47,782 nt of DNA from Thermoanaerobaculia bacterium (GTDB lineage Bacteria > Acidobacteriota > Thermoanaerobaculia > UBA5066), in the NCBI GenBank assembly GCA_038245905.1, contig JBBRRY010000030.1:1-47782 (forward strand). The letters run 5' to 3'. The translations under genes and the position numbers were made by a program. Below, one piece after another: positions 21,234 to 31,484 of the stretch; the first letter of the stretch is position 1; every line of letters starts with the position of its first letter. The notes under the pieces were generated by a model that searched no databases, was not told the DNA's origin, and saw only the letters and a list, made by a program, of their open reading frames with translations.

Positions 21234-21977
21234 TCAGGCCACCGGCTTCCGCGCGGTCACGATGCGCATCGGCGGATAGGTCTCGAAAAGGCCGAGGCCG
21301 GACCTTTCAACCTGGAAATCCGCTTCCTCGAAAGCCGCCGCATAGAGCGCCGTCTCGCGGAAGTCCGAGATGAGCGCGACACCCCCGGGCTTGAGAACGC
21401 GTCCGATCTCCCGGCAGGCTTCCGCGCGGCCCTTCGTATCCGGAATGTTGTGGAGACAGACATTCGAGAGGACGATGTCGAACGATCCGTCGGGAAACGG
21501 CATGCGGCGCGCGTCGGCGTTCCGGACCTCGACATGCTCGGCGACGCCCTCCGCCTCCGCGTTCGCGAGGAAGCTGTCGGCGGTGTTCCCGGTCAGATCC
21601 GACGCGTTCCAGATGTCGATCCCCACGACCCGCCCTGTCGTGAGCTTCTTCGCGGCACCGATCGCGAGAAGCCCGCGCCCGGTACCGACGTCTAGGACGT
21701 TTTCAGCGCCCGTCCACGGGATCATCGCGAGCATGCGGTCACGATGGCGGAACTTGCCGACTTCGGCGTAGAGGATCATGAGGGCGCCCCCGAGCAGGCA
21801 CGAGACGGCGCCGCCCACGAACATGCCGCGGACCTCCAGCATCACGCTCGTGCCGCCCACACGGAAGGGCCCGACGCTTCGGGGGCCGAAAAGCACTGCC
21901 GCGAGCAGCAGCCCCCCGATGACGAAGAGGTTTCGGATCACGCCCGGGGCGTCGACGCCGTAGTCCACCTTGCGCAT
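21234..21977 (-). CDS. Class I SAM-dependent methyltransferase with N-terminal TM segments
   Basis: VLDVGTGRG, PFPDGSFD and RVLKPGG motifs. Confidence 0.92.
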   Translation of the reverse strand: MRKVDYGVDAPGVIRNLFVIGGLLLAAVLFGPRSVGPFRVGGTSVMLEVRGMFVGGAVSCLLGGALMILYAEVGKFRHRDRMLAMIPWTGAENVLDVGTGRGLLAIGAAKKLTTGRVVGIDIWNASDLTGNTADSFLANAEAEGVAEHVEVRNADARRMPFPDGSFDIVLSNVCLHNIPDTKGRAEACREIGRVLKPGGVALISDFRETALYAAAFEEADFQVERSGLGLFETYPPMRIVTARKPVA

Positions 21978-21994
21978 GATGAGATGCTACGACG

Positions 21995-24265
21995 ATGCCG
22001 AACAGGCTCGCCCTCGAATCCTCGCCATACCTTCTCCAGCATGCGCACAACCCAGTGGACTGGTATCCATGGGGAGACGAGGTCTTCGAGAGGGCGCGCC
22101 AGGAAGATCGCCCCATTTTCCTCTCGATCGGGTACTCGTCTTGTCACTGGTGTCACGTGATGGAGAAGGAGTCGTTCGAGAACGAAGAGGTCGCGCGGTT
22201 CCTGAACGATCATTTCGTCAGCATCAAGGTGGACCGCGAAGAGCGGCCGGACGTCGACGACGTTTACATGACGGCCGTCCAGCTCACCTCTGGCCGTGGG
22301 GGCTGGCCGCTGTCGGCATTCCTGCTGCCCGACCGCAAGCCGTTTTTCGCGGGAACGTATTTTCCGCCCGACGACCGGCACGGGCGTCCGGGATTCCTCT
22401 CCCTCCTCAAACGGCTCGAGGCGGCGTGGCGCGAGAAGCGGGCCGACCTCGAGAGCGGCGCGGCGGAAATCGCGGCGCAGGTGGCCGCGGCGTCCGGCGT
22501 CGCGGCGCGCGGCGCGCCAGAGCCTCTTGCGCCCGCGAGCCTCGGCCTCCTCGGAAGCGCGCTGTCGCGCCTCTTCGACCCTCAGAACGGCGGCTTCGGC
22601 GACGCGCCGAAGTTCCCGCCGCATCTCGCGCTCGCGTGGCTCCTCCGCCGCGGAGCGGCCGGGGACGGGGCGGCGCTCTCGATGGCGGAGGCCACGCTCG
22701 AGGCCATGGCGCAGGGCGGTATCCGCGACCATCTCGGCGGCGGCTTTCATCGATATTCCACCGACGCGCGCTGGTTCCTCCCGCATTTCGAGAAGATGCT
22801 CACGGACAACGCGCAGCTTCTCGGCGTCTACGCACGCGCCTGGGCGCTCACGGGAAACGACCTCTTCGCGCAGGTCGCACGTGAGACCGCGGAGTATCTC
22901 CTCCGGGAGATGACGGGGCCCGAAGGCGGGTTCTACGCGTCGACGGACGCGGATTCGGAAGGCGAAGAAGGAAGATTCTTTTGCTGGGACCCGAGCGAAA
23001 TCCGGGAAGTTCTGGGCAAGGAAGACGGGGAATATTTCTTAGAATGGTATTCGGTCAAAGAGGGAGGCAATTTCCACGACGAAGCGACGGGGCACCGCAC
23101 CGGCGCCAGCGTTCTTCACCTTTCTAAGAAAGTCTCCTCTACTCCGGGTGCGGAAGATCGGCTCGCGCCGCTTCGGCACAAGCTTCTCGGCGCGCGAGCA
23201 AAACGAATTTCTCCCTCCCTCGACGACAAGCGCGTCGCCGGCTGGATCGCGCTCGCGGTATCGGGCCTCGCGATCGCGGGCCGGATCCTCAACGAAGTGC
23301 GCTACCTCGAGGCGGCCCGCGCAGGCGCGCGATTCCTCCTGGAGGACTGCCGCGACGGCGCGGGGCGGCTTCAGCGCATCTGGAAAGACGGTGTCGCGAA
23401 GATCCCCGCCTTCCTCGAGGACGAGGCGTTCCTCGTCCATGCTCTTCTCGACCTGGCGGAAGGGGACGACGAGGGGGGGCCGGGGGTTTGGCAGGACGAG
23501 GCGATCGCGGCGGCGGCCTCGATGCGCGCACGCTTCAAGCGCAAGGACGGCCCCGGATTCACGTTCTCGGGCGAGGGGAACGAAGAGCTCCTCGTGAACG
23601 CGCGCGATCTCTTCGACAAGGCGACCCCGTCGTCCTCCGGTGCCGCCGCGTGGGCTCTCGCGCGCCTCTCGCTCCGGACGGGCGACCGCGATCTCGCGGG
23701 CGAAGCCCGCGAGGCAGTCGAAGAGGTCTCGTGGCTCATGGCGCGGTCGCCCCACGGCACGGAGTCGTGGTACTTCGCATACGAGACGCTCCTGGAGTTC
23801 GAAGACAGATACGGATTCGGAGTCGGAGGTTCTTCGAGTGTGAAGAGGGGAGGCGAGGCGGGGGAAGCGCCCGTTCGCGTCGAGGCGACTGCCGTCGAGT
23901 CGAAGATCGTGCGCGGCGGCAAGGGTGCGATTCGCCTCCGGCTCACGATCGCGGAAGGCTGGTACCTCCAGGAACCCGGCGGCCTGAGAATCGAAGCGAG
24001 GATCGGGGAGGGCTCCGGTTCTGATTCCGGATTCACCTTCGAAGAAATCCCCCTTCCGCCACCCGAACGCATCGAAGACACGAGCGGCGAAGTCGTCTGC
24101 GGCTGGCAGGGGACCTTCGAAGCAAATCTTTCTTTCTCTTTATCTCCGAAAGCGTCGAAGGGAAGAAAAGAGATTACCGTTCGCATGCGCTACCGCGCGT
24201 GCGGCGAAGGGTCTTGCCGGCCCGAGGCCGTTCTTTCCCTCGAAGTCCCCGTGGAGATCGTCTAG
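21995..24265 (+). CDS. YyaL/SPATA20-like thioredoxin (DUF255) + six-hairpin domain protein with C-terminal DsbD-N-like domain
   Basis: [36 protein letters not shown]. The C-terminal Ig-like part has IAEGWY and ACGEGSC. Confidence 0.9.
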   Translation: MPNRLALESSPYLLQHAHNPVDWYPWGDEVFERARQEDRPIFLSIGYSSCHWCHVMEKESFENEEVARFLNDHFVSIKVDREERPDVDDVYMTAVQLTSGRGGWPLSAFLLPDRKPFFAGTYFPPDDRHGRPGFLSLLKRLEAAWREKRADLESGAAEIAAQVAAASGVAARGAPEPLAPASLGLLGSALSRLFDPQNGGFGDAPKFPPHLALAWLLRRGAAGDGAALSMAEATLEAMAQGGIRDHLGGGFHRYSTDARWFLPHFEKMLTDNAQLLGVYARAWALTGNDLFAQVARETAEYLLREMTGPEGGFYASTDADSEGEEGRFFCWDPSEIREVLGKEDGEYFLEWYSVKEGGNFHDEATGHRTGASVLHLSKKVSSTPGAEDRLAPLRHKLLGARAKRISPSLDDKRVAGWIALAVSGLAIAGRILNEVRYLEAARAGARFLLEDCRDGAGRLQRIWKDGVAKIPAFLEDEAFLVHALLDLAEGDDEGGPGVWQDEAIAAAASMRARFKRKDGPGFTFSGEGNEELLVNARDLFDKATPSSSGAAAWALARLSLRTGDRDLAGEAREAVEEVSWLMARSPHGTESWYFAYETLLEFEDRYGFGVGGSSSVKRGGEAGEAPVRVEATAVESKIVRGGKGAIRLRLTIAEGWYLQEPGGLRIEARIGEGSGSDSGFTFEEIPLPPPERIEDTSGEVVCGWQGTFEANLSFSLSPKASKGRKEITVRMRYRACGEGSCRPEAVLSLEVPVEIV

Positions 24266-24269
24266 CGGC

Positions 24270-24788
24270 TCAGTGCCCCGCGACCTTCTTCTTCACGTAG
24301 CGGACGCCCGCGCCGATGACGGGGACGTGCTCGTACACGAACGCTCCCATGTCGAAGTAGTCGCGGTGGTAGACGGCCTTGCCGTTCTTGAACTTGATGT
24401 GCGAGACGCCCGGGACGACGATCTCCTTGCCGCCGTCCAGCCCCTTGTGGCGCATGTGCATGACCCAGGGCGCGACGACCTCGTCGCCCTGTCCGACCTC
24501 CTTGTCGAAGTCGAACCGGATCGAGATGAGGTTCTCGTACATCTTCGCGTAGTAGGCCTTGATGCCGGCGACGCCGCGGATCTCGGAGACGGGGTCGCGG
24601 AAGAGGACATCGGGCGCGTAGAAGTCGTCGAGACGGCCCATCGAGTCCTTGTTCAGGCCGTTGAAGAACTCGGAGATGGACGGTTTGGCTTTCGGGGCTT
24701 GCGACACGGCGGCCTCCTCGGGGCGCGCGGGCGCGGCGGCGGCGAGGAGAGCGAGGCAGAGGATGGTGACGGCGGGCCGCTCGAGCAC
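24270..24788 (-). CDS. SnoaL/NTF2-like protein with signal peptide
   Basis: FYAPDVLFRDP and HRDYFD motifs. Confidence 0.85.
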   Translation of the reverse strand: MLERPAVTILCLALLAAAAPARPEEAAVSQAPKAKPSISEFFNGLNKDSMGRLDDFYAPDVLFRDPVSEIRGVAGIKAYYAKMYENLISIRFDFDKEVGQGDEVVAPWVMHMRHKGLDGGKEIVVPGVSHIKFKNGKAVYHRDYFDMGAFVYEHVPVIGAGVRYVKKKVAGH

Positions 24789-24861
24789 GAAGCACCCCTT
24801 TCCGCGGCGGAGACCGCCGCTGGACGTCTCTACGACGGAAGGGCCTCCGGAGGATCTCAGC

Positions 24862-25638
24862 CTAGCTGATGTAACTAGCTCTGCGGTCTCTAAGCACCGG
24901 GAACTTCGCCCGTGCGTCGGCGACCCTCGCGGGGTCGACGTCGACGAGAAGGACCGTCTCGACGCCGGCGGCGCTCACGAGCGTCTCGCCCCACGGTGAG
25001 ATCGCGGCGGAGTCGCCGAGGTGGGGAATGCCGTTGCCGTCCTCGCCGACCCGGTTGACTCCGAGGACGTAGCAGAGGTTCTCGATCGCGCGCGCGCGAA
25101 GCAACGTCTGCCAGTGCGCGCGGCGGCGCTCGGGCCAGTTCGCGATGACCACGAAGGCGTCGGTCTCGTCGGTTGCCAGGCGGAAGGGCTCGGGGAAGCG
25201 CAGGTCGTAGCAGATCTGCGGCGTGACGCGCGCGCCCGCGACCTCCCAGGTGACGACCTTCGATCCCGCGTCGTAGTGCTCGTCCTCCTTCGCCATCGAG
25301 AACGGGTGGATCTTCGAATAGCGCGAGACGTCGCCGTCTGGCGTGACGAGGAGGGCGTTGTTGACGGGCAGGCCGCCCGGGGCGCCGGTCTCCGCCAGCC
25401 CGGCGATGACATGGAGGCCGAGGCCGCGCGCCATGGCCTGGAGCCAACGTTCCGTGGGGCCGCCCTGATGCTGCGCGATCTTGGCGCCGTCCATCGAGAA
25501 ACCTGTCGCGAACATCTCGGGCAGGAGGGCGAGGTCGGCGCCGCCGTCGGCCGCCTGCTTGAGGAGGTTTGCGGCGCGCGCGTGGTTCGCTTGCCAGTCC
25601 TCCCACGCGAGATCCATCTGAAGCAGGGCCGTTCGCAC
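24862..25638 (-). CDS. Nitrilase-family omega-amidase (YafV/Nit-like)
   Basis: LPEMF, YSKIHPF, ICYDLRFPE and ARAIEN motifs. Confidence 0.9.
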   Translation of the reverse strand: MRTALLQMDLAWEDWQANHARAANLLKQAADGGADLALLPEMFATGFSMDGAKIAQHQGGPTERWLQAMARGLGLHVIAGLAETGAPGGLPVNNALLVTPDGDVSRYSKIHPFSMAKEDEHYDAGSKVVTWEVAGARVTPQICYDLRFPEPFRLATDETDAFVVIANWPERRRAHWQTLLRARAIENLCYVLGVNRVGEDGNGIPHLGDSAAISPWGETLVSAAGVETVLLVDVDPARVADARAKFPVLRDRRASYIS

Positions 25639-25705
25639 GGCGGGATTATGGACGCCTCCCGGGGGGGCAGGTCGTTATGATCCCGGCCGAATGACAGGAG
25701 ACATC

Positions 25706-25987
25706 ATGGCCGCAAAAAAGGGCTCCTCGTCCGCGGACAAGTTCAATGACGCCAAAGCGCGCGTCGAGAAACTCCCGAAGCGCCCGTCCAACGACCAGCT
25801 TCTCGAGCTCTACGCGTTCTACAAGCAGGCCACCGAGGGCGATGTCTCCGGCTCGCGGCCGGGAATGCTCGACCTGAAAGGCCGCGCGAAGTTCGACGCC
25901 TGGGCGAAGAAGAAAGGCGATTCGAAGGAAGACGCGAAGAAGAAGTACGTCGCCCTCGTGGACAAGCTCGAGGCCGATCTCCGCTGA
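25706..25987 (+). CDS. Acyl-CoA-binding protein (ACBP)
   Basis: LLELYAFYKQATEGD and AKFDAW motifs. AGGAG RBS before ATG 25706. Confidence 0.92.
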   Translation: MAAKKGSSSADKFNDAKARVEKLPKRPSNDQLLELYAFYKQATEGDVSGSRPGMLDLKGRAKFDAWAKKKGDSKEDAKKKYVALVDKLEADLR

Positions 25988-26012
25988 TCCGGCGGACGGA
26001 AGCGATCCCCGT

Positions 26013-26489
26013 CTATTTCGAAGCCGTCAAGAGCCTCTTGGCCATCAGGATCTGCCCCACGTGATACGACGTGTGGTCGATCGCGAGGAGCACGGAGCGC
26101 AGGATCGTCTTTTCCTTGTGGCCGGGGATCTTGGCAAGGAGATCCGGCGTCGACTTCACGAGTGCCTGAAAGGCCTCGCGATCGGCGGCGATCGCGTCGA
26201 GGCTCGCCTTCCACGCGCGCGGACCGGGCGGCGTCGGTGTCTTCGGCCAGTACGCGGCCGGCCAGGTGCCCTCGACGTAGTTCGAATCGCGGCAGAAATC
26301 GAGGAGATCGTGCTGCGCGAGCCGGATGTGCTCGAGGAGCTCCCACGGCGAGTGCGAGAACCCCTTCGGCCTCTTTCCGCGGAGGCGCGCGGACAGGCCC
26401 TTCACGGCATCCTCGAGGCTGAGGTGCGCACTCTCCCAGGAGAGCGCATGCGAGAGATGTTCGCGCAGAGAGGAATCGTTTCGCAGCAT
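26013..26489 (-). CDS. DinB-2 family protein
   Basis: HSPWELLEHIR and DHTSYHVGQ motifs. Confidence 0.88.
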   Translation of the reverse strand: MLRNDSSLREHLSHALSWESAHLSLEDAVKGLSARLRGKRPKGFSHSPWELLEHIRLAQHDLLDFCRDSNYVEGTWPAAYWPKTPTPPGPRAWKASLDAIAADREAFQALVKSTPDLLAKIPGHKEKTILRSVLLAIDHTSYHVGQILMAKRLLTASK

Positions 26490-26549
26490 GGCTCATTCTC
26501 TCAAGAGAGGCACGCGGCTTAACGCCGGCCCTCTGCTACGCTGAAAGCG

Positions 26550-27962
26550 ATGCCGGCGACTCTCCTCCAGAAGGTCTGGGACCTCCACGCCGTCCGGAAG
26601 CTCCCGACGGGGCAGACACAGCTTTTCGTCGGCCTCCATCTCGTCCACGAGGTCACGAGCCCGCAGGCGTTCGAGATGCTACGCGCGCGCGGGTGGAAGG
26701 TGCCGTTCCCGTCGCGCACGGTCGCGACCGTGGACCACATCGTGCCGACGGCGAGCGTCGCGCGCCCCTTCGCGGACGCCGCGGCCGAGGAGATGCTCAC
26801 GTCGCTGCAGAAGAACTGCCGTGACTTCGGCGTCCCGCTCCACGACCTCGGCTCCCCCGAACAGGGCATCGTCCACGTGATCGGCCCCGAGCTGGGCCTC
26901 ACGCAGCCCGGGATGACGATCGCCTGCGGCGACAGCCACACGTCAACGCACGGTGCGTTCGGCGCCCTCGCGTTCGGGATCGGGACCTCGCAGGTGAGAG
27001 ACGTCCTCGCGTCGCAGTGCCTCGCGATGGACCCGATGAAGCTCCGCCGCATCGACGTGACGGGGCGGCTCGCGCCCGGCGTCTACGCCAAGGACGTCAT
27101 CCTCTCGATCATCCGGACGCTCGGGGTCAAGGGCGGCGTCGGCTTCGCATACGAGTACGGCGGCGAGGCCGTGGCGCGGATGTCGATGAACGAGCGGATG
27201 ACGCTCTGCAACATGTCGATCGAGGGCGGCGCCCGCGCGGGCTACGTGAACCCCGACGAGACGACGTTCCAGTACCTGAAGGGCCGGCCCGCCGCGCCGA
27301 AAGGTGACGCGTGGGAGCGCGCGGTTTCGTGGTGGCGGTCGATGGCGTCCGACGCGGACGCCGCGTACGACGACCGGGTGACGTTGGACGGCTCGGCCCT
27401 CGAGCCGCACGTCACGTGGGGGATCAATCCCGGCCAGAGCGCGGGCGTCACCGGGCGCGTCCCGAAGCCCGCCGACGCCCTGCCCGAGGCGCGACCCCAG
27501 ATCGCCGAGGCGCTCGAGTACATGGGCTTTTCGGGCGGCGAGACGATCGCTGGGACGAAGATCGACGTCGCGTTCATCGGCTCGTGCACGAACGGGCGCC
27601 TCTCGGACCTCCAGGAAGCCGCGCGCGTCGTGAAGGGCAGGAGGGTCGCGGTGGGCGTCAGGGCGCTCGTCGTGCCCGGGTCGAACGCCGTGCGCGCGGC
27701 CGCCGAGAAAGAAGGCCTCGACGCGATCTTCACGGACGCGGGCTTCGAGTGGCGCGGCGCGGGCTGTTCGATGTGCCTCGCGATGAACCCGGACCGGCTG
27801 GAGGGGCGGCAGGTCTGTGCGTCGTCGTCGAACCGCAACTTCAAGGGCCGGCAGGGGAGCCCCACGGGGCGCACGCTCCTCATGAGCCCCGCGATGGTCG
27901 CGGCCGCCGCGCTCGCAGGCGAGGTGGCCGACGTCCGGCCGCTCCTCAGAGGCGATCGATGA
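26550..27962 (+). CDS. leuC: 3-isopropylmalate dehydratase large subunit
   Basis: [30 protein letters not shown] and [10 protein letters not shown] motifs. Confidence 0.97.
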   Translation: MPATLLQKVWDLHAVRKLPTGQTQLFVGLHLVHEVTSPQAFEMLRARGWKVPFPSRTVATVDHIVPTASVARPFADAAAEEMLTSLQKNCRDFGVPLHDLGSPEQGIVHVIGPELGLTQPGMTIACGDSHTSTHGAFGALAFGIGTSQVRDVLASQCLAMDPMKLRRIDVTGRLAPGVYAKDVILSIIRTLGVKGGVGFAYEYGGEAVARMSMNERMTLCNMSIEGGARAGYVNPDETTFQYLKGRPAAPKGDAWERAVSWWRSMASDADAAYDDRVTLDGSALEPHVTWGINPGQSAGVTGRVPKPADALPEARPQIAEALEYMGFSGGETIAGTKIDVAFIGSCTNGRLSDLQEAARVVKGRRVAVGVRALVVPGSNAVRAAAEKEGLDAIFTDAGFEWRGAGCSMCLAMNPDRLEGRQVCASSSNRNFKGRQGSPTGRTLLMSPAMVAAAALAGEVADVRPLLRGDR

Positions 27963-28564
27963 CGCTCTCCGCGATCCGGCGCGTCTCCGGCACCGCGCTT
28001 CCCCTCCGCGGCGACGACGTCGACACCGACCGGATCATCCCGGCGCGCTTCCTCGTCTCCGTCACATTCGAGGGGCTCGGCGCGCACGCGTTCGAGGACG
28101 ACCGGCGCCAACGCAAGGCGAAGGGCGAGACCCATCCTTTCGACGACGCGCGCTTCTGGGGCGCGCGGATTCTTCTCGTGAATCGAAACTTCGGCTGCGG
28201 ATCCTCGCGCGAGCACGCGCCGCAGGCGCTTTTCCGCGGCGGCATCCGGGCGGTCGTCGGCGAGTCGTTCTCGGAAATCTTCTTCGGAAACTCCGTCGCG
28301 ATCGGACTCCCTTGCGTGACCCTGCCGCGCGAAATCGTGGTCGAACTTCAGGCGCTCGTCGAAGGCGATCCGAAGTTCGCGCTCTCACTCGACCTCGAGT
28401 CGGAAACGCTCGTCGCGGAAGGGAAGACATTTCCCGTTTCAATTTCCGAGAACGCGCGCGAAGCGTTCCTGTCGGGACACTGGGAGGGGACCTCGATGCT
28501 GCTCGAGCGATTCGACGTAGTGGAGGCGCTTGCGAAGCGCCTCCACTACGTCGCCGGGTTCTGA
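27959..28564 (+). CDS. leuD: 3-isopropylmalate dehydratase small subunit
   Basis: [11 protein letters not shown] and [11 protein letters not shown] motifs. ATGA overlap with leuC. Confidence 0.96.
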   Translation: MTLSAIRRVSGTALPLRGDDVDTDRIIPARFLVSVTFEGLGAHAFEDDRRQRKAKGETHPFDDARFWGARILLVNRNFGCGSSREHAPQALFRGGIRAVVGESFSEIFFGNSVAIGLPCVTLPREIVVELQALVEGDPKFALSLDLESETLVAEGKTFPVSISENAREAFLSGHWEGTSMLLERFDVVEALAKRLHYVAGF

Positions 28565-28635
28565 GCGAAAAAGACGTTGGAGATGTGGAAGCCGGGTGGC
28601 CGCAGGTTGGAACGGACAAGTACGACGTTCCTGGG

Positions 28636-29535
28636 TCAGCGCCCGGGCGCCGGCGCGGACCGGTCCGACTTCACGAGCTCGAGGAAGGCGTGGGCGGAGT
28701 TGCCGAAGTTGCCGCCCGACCGGTAGACGAGACGCAGCTCGCGCGGGCGCCGAAGCTCGGGCAGGAGCGTAGCCGAGAGCCTAGCGGCCTCGATCTCCGA
28801 GAGCGCGCAGCGCCGGGGGAGGAGGGCGACGCCCATACCGCGCTCCACGGCGCGCTTGACGCCGTCGAGGCTGGGGAGGGACACGCGGATGTTCAGCGGC
28901 AGTCCGCGTTCCTCGAAGCGGCGGAGGACGCGCTCGCGCGCGGGCGACGGGTCGCTGTGGGCGATCACGTTCTCGCGCCCGAATTCGGCCATCGTGACGG
29001 TCCGGCGCTTCGCGAAGGGGTGCTTCGGGTTCGAGAGGACGACGAGCTCGTCAGAGCCGAGGACGACCGTCTTCAGGCCTTTTTCGCCGGGGGAGAACGT
29101 CACCACGCCGAAGTCGAGGCTCGCGGCGAGGACGTCGGCGCCGAGGAGGCGCGATGCGGAGCGCTTGACGTCGAACTCGACGCCGGGATGCGTCTCGCGG
29201 AAGCGCTCGATGAGCGGGATGAGGATCTCGACCCCGGACTCGTTCGCGCCGATCACGACGCGGCCCCGCTTCATGTCTTTGAGGTCGCGCACGGCCCGCT
29301 CGGCCTCGCCAGCCACCGCGAGGACGCGCTCGGCGTAGTCCTTCAGGGTCCGCCCCGCCTCCGTGAGACGGGCGTCGCGTGTCGTGCGGTCGAACAGCCT
29401 CTCGCGGAGGACCGTCTCGAGCCGGCGCACCGCCTGGCTCACGGCGGACTGCGTGCGGAACAGACGCACGGCGGCGCGGGAGAAGCTCCGCTCCTCGGCC
29501 ACGGTGAGAAAGACGCGCAGGGACGGCAAGTCCAT
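28636..29535 (-). CDS. LysR family transcriptional regulator
   Basis: SFSRAAVRLFRTQSAVSQAVRRLE HTH. Divergent from the ilv operon. Confidence 0.95.
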   Translation of the reverse strand: MDLPSLRVFLTVAEERSFSRAAVRLFRTQSAVSQAVRRLETVLRERLFDRTTRDARLTEAGRTLKDYAERVLAVAGEAERAVRDLKDMKRGRVVIGANESGVEILIPLIERFRETHPGVEFDVKRSASRLLGADVLAASLDFGVVTFSPGEKGLKTVVLGSDELVVLSNPKHPFAKRRTVTMAEFGRENVIAHSDPSPARERVLRRFEERGLPLNIRVSLPSLDGVKRAVERGMGVALLPRRCALSEIEAARLSATLLPELRRPRELRLVYRSGGNFGNSAHAFLELVKSDRSAPAPGR

Positions 29536-29598
29536 AAGCAGATCTAATGTTATCAGCAAAAAAAGTAGTTTGACGAAATGCCCTGGCTGCGGTGCAAT
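29534..29598 (+). promoter_or_regulatory. Putative LysR T-N11-A box and sigma70 promoter of the ilv-leu operon
   Basis: ATAAGCAGATCTAAT (T-N11-A) upstream of TTGACG (29570-29575)-17 nt-TGCAAT (29593-29598). Confidence 0.65.
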
Positions 29599-29604
29599 GC
29601 GCCC

Positions 29605-29679
29605 GTGAGTTCCCGCGTCCTCGTTCCGGTCCTGATTGATCTCCTCGTCCTTACGGCGAGCGGGGTGCAGGCCGGCTGA
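29605..29679 (+). CDS. ilv operon leader peptide
   Basis: GTG start. [24 protein letters not shown] has a dense Val/Leu/Ile run. Not in the ORF track. Confidence 0.85.
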   Translation: MSSRVLVPVLIDLLVLTASGVQAG

Positions 29680-29738
29680 CGCGATTCAACATCGAGCAAG
29701 CCGCCCCGCACCCCGAAAGGGGGCGGGGCTTTTTTATT
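29661..29738 (+). terminator. Attenuator (antiterminator plus terminator) of the ilv-leu operon
   Basis: GCCCCGC-ACCCC-GAAA-GGGG-GCGGGGC-TTTTTTATT. Upstream CGGGGTGC is complementary to GCACCCCG in the 5' arm. Confidence 0.88.
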
Positions 29739-29768
29739 GCCAGAAGAAGAAGGGAGATCGACAGGGAC

Positions 29769-31484
29769 ATGAGGAGCGACGCGATGAAGAAGGGCCCGGC
29801 GCGGGCGCCCGCGCGCGCGATGCTCCGCGCGATGGGCCTGACGCCCGAGGAGATCGCGAGGCCGCTCGTGGCGGTCGTCCACTCCTGGACCGATCTCGGC
29901 CCCTGCAACGCCTCTCTTCGCTCCCTCGCGGAGGACGTGAAGGCCGGCATCCGCGAGGCGGGCGGAACGCCGTTCGAGTTCGGCACGATCGCGATCTCGG
30001 ACGGCATCTCGATGGGGACCGACGGCATGCGGGCGTCGCTCGTCTCCCGCGAGGTCATCGCCGATTCGATCGAGCTCGTCGTCATGGGCCACGCGCTGGA
30101 CGCGGTCGTCGCCCTCTCGGGCTGCGACAAGACGATTCCCGGGACGGTGATGGCCCTCGCGCGCCTCGATCTCCCGTCCGTCGCTCTCTACGGAGGTTCG
30201 ATCGAGCCCGGCCGCGTGGGCGGAAGGGACGTTACGATCCAGGACGTCTTCGAAGCGGTCGGCGCACACTCCGCCGGAAAGCTCTCCGAGGCTGGACTCT
30301 GCGAGGTCGAGGCCGGGGCCTGCCCCGGCGCGGGCGCGTGCGGCGGGCAGTTCACCGCGAACACGATGGCGACCGCGCTCACGTTCCTCGGCATCTCGCC
30401 GATGGGCGCGAACGACGTGCCCGCGACCGACCCCGAGAAATCCTGGGTCGCGCGCGCCGCCGGCCGGCTCGTCATGCAGCGCCTCGCCGACGGCCTCACG
30501 CCTTCGAAGATCCTGACGCGCGCCGCCTTCGAGAACGCGATCACGGCCGTGGCCGCGACCGGCGGCTCGACGAACGCCGTCCTGCACCTCCTTGCGATCG
30601 CGCGCGAGGCCGGCGTCCCGCTCGTCCTCGACGACTTCGACGCGATTTCGGCGCGGACGCCGCTCTTCGTCGACCTCAAGCCCGGCGGGCGCTTCACGGC
30701 GCCCGACCTTTCCCGCGCGGGCGGCTCGAGGCTCGTCGCCAAGAGGCTCGGCGACGCGGGCCTCCTGAAGCATGCGATCACCGTCTCGGGACGCTCGCTT
30801 CTCGAAGAAGCCGCCGAGGCGCGGGAGACGCCCGGGCAGCAGGTCGTGCGCGAGATCGCGAGGCCGCTCAAGAAGTCGGGCGGGCTCGCGATCCTCAGGG
30901 GAACGCTCGCGCCCGAGGGCTCCGTCGTGAAGCTCGCGGGGCACGAGCGCCTGAAGCACACCGGCCCGGCGCGCGTCTTCGACGGCGAGATCGCGGCGTT
31001 CGCCGCCGTCGAGCGCCGGCAGATCCGCGCGGGCGACGTCGTCGTGATCCGCCACGAGGGCCCGAAGGGCGCGCCGGGCATGCCCGAGATGCTGGCCGTC
31101 ACCGCCGCGCTCGTGGGGCAGGGCCTCGGCGAGACGGTTGCTCTCGTCACGGACGGCCGCTTCTCCGGCGCGACGCACGGGTTCATGGTCGGCCACGTCT
31201 CGCCCGAGGCGGCGGCGGGCGGCCCGATCGCGCTCGTCTTGGACGGCGACATGGTGACTCTCGACGTCACCGCCCGGCGGCTGGACCTCGAAGTCGGCGA
31301 CGAGGAGCTGGCCGCGCGCAGGCGTTCCTGGCGCGCCCCCGCGCCCCGCGTCACGACCGGCGTCCTCGCGAAGTACGCGCGCCTCGTGTCCTCGGCTTCC
31401 GAGGGTGCGGTGACGAGTCCGATGGCTCCCGCGAAGCCCGTTCCCAGCGCGCACGAGAACGTCGGAGCCGGGGTGAGCGCGTGA
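29769..31484 (+). CDS. ilvD: Dihydroxy-acid dehydratase
   Basis: [25 protein letters not shown] and TDGRFSG motifs. Confidence 0.97.
   Translation: MRSDAMKKGPARAPARAMLRAMGLTPEEIARPLVAVVHSWTDLGPCNASLRSLAEDVKAGIREAGGTPFEFGTIAISDGISMGTDGMRASLVSREVIADSIELVVMGHALDAVVALSGCDKTIPGTVMALARLDLPSVALYGGSIEPGRVGGRDVTIQDVFEAVGAHSAGKLSEAGLCEVEAGACPGAGACGGQFTANTMATALTFLGISPMGANDVPATDPEKSWVARAAGRLVMQRLADGLTPSKILTRAAFENAITAVAATGGSTNAVLHLLAIAREAGVPLVLDDFDAISARTPLFVDLKPGGRFTAPDLSRAGGSRLVAKRLGDAGLLKHAITVSGRSLLEEAAEARETPGQQVVREIARPLKKSGGLAILRGTLAPEGSVVKLAGHERLKHTGPARVFDGEIAAFAAVERRQIRAGDVVVIRHEGPKGAPGMPEMLAVTAALVGQGLGETVALVTDGRFSGATHGFMVGHVSPEAAAGGPIALVLDGDMVTLDVTARRLDLEVGDEELAARRRSWRAPAPRVTTGVLAKYARLVSSASEGAVTSPMAPAKPVPSAHENVGAGVSA

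Noticed and set aside
29597-29608. Mini-ORF ATG CGC CCG TGA upstream of the ilv leader
   Set aside because: Its ATG overlaps the predicted -10 box, so it is probably not transcribed.
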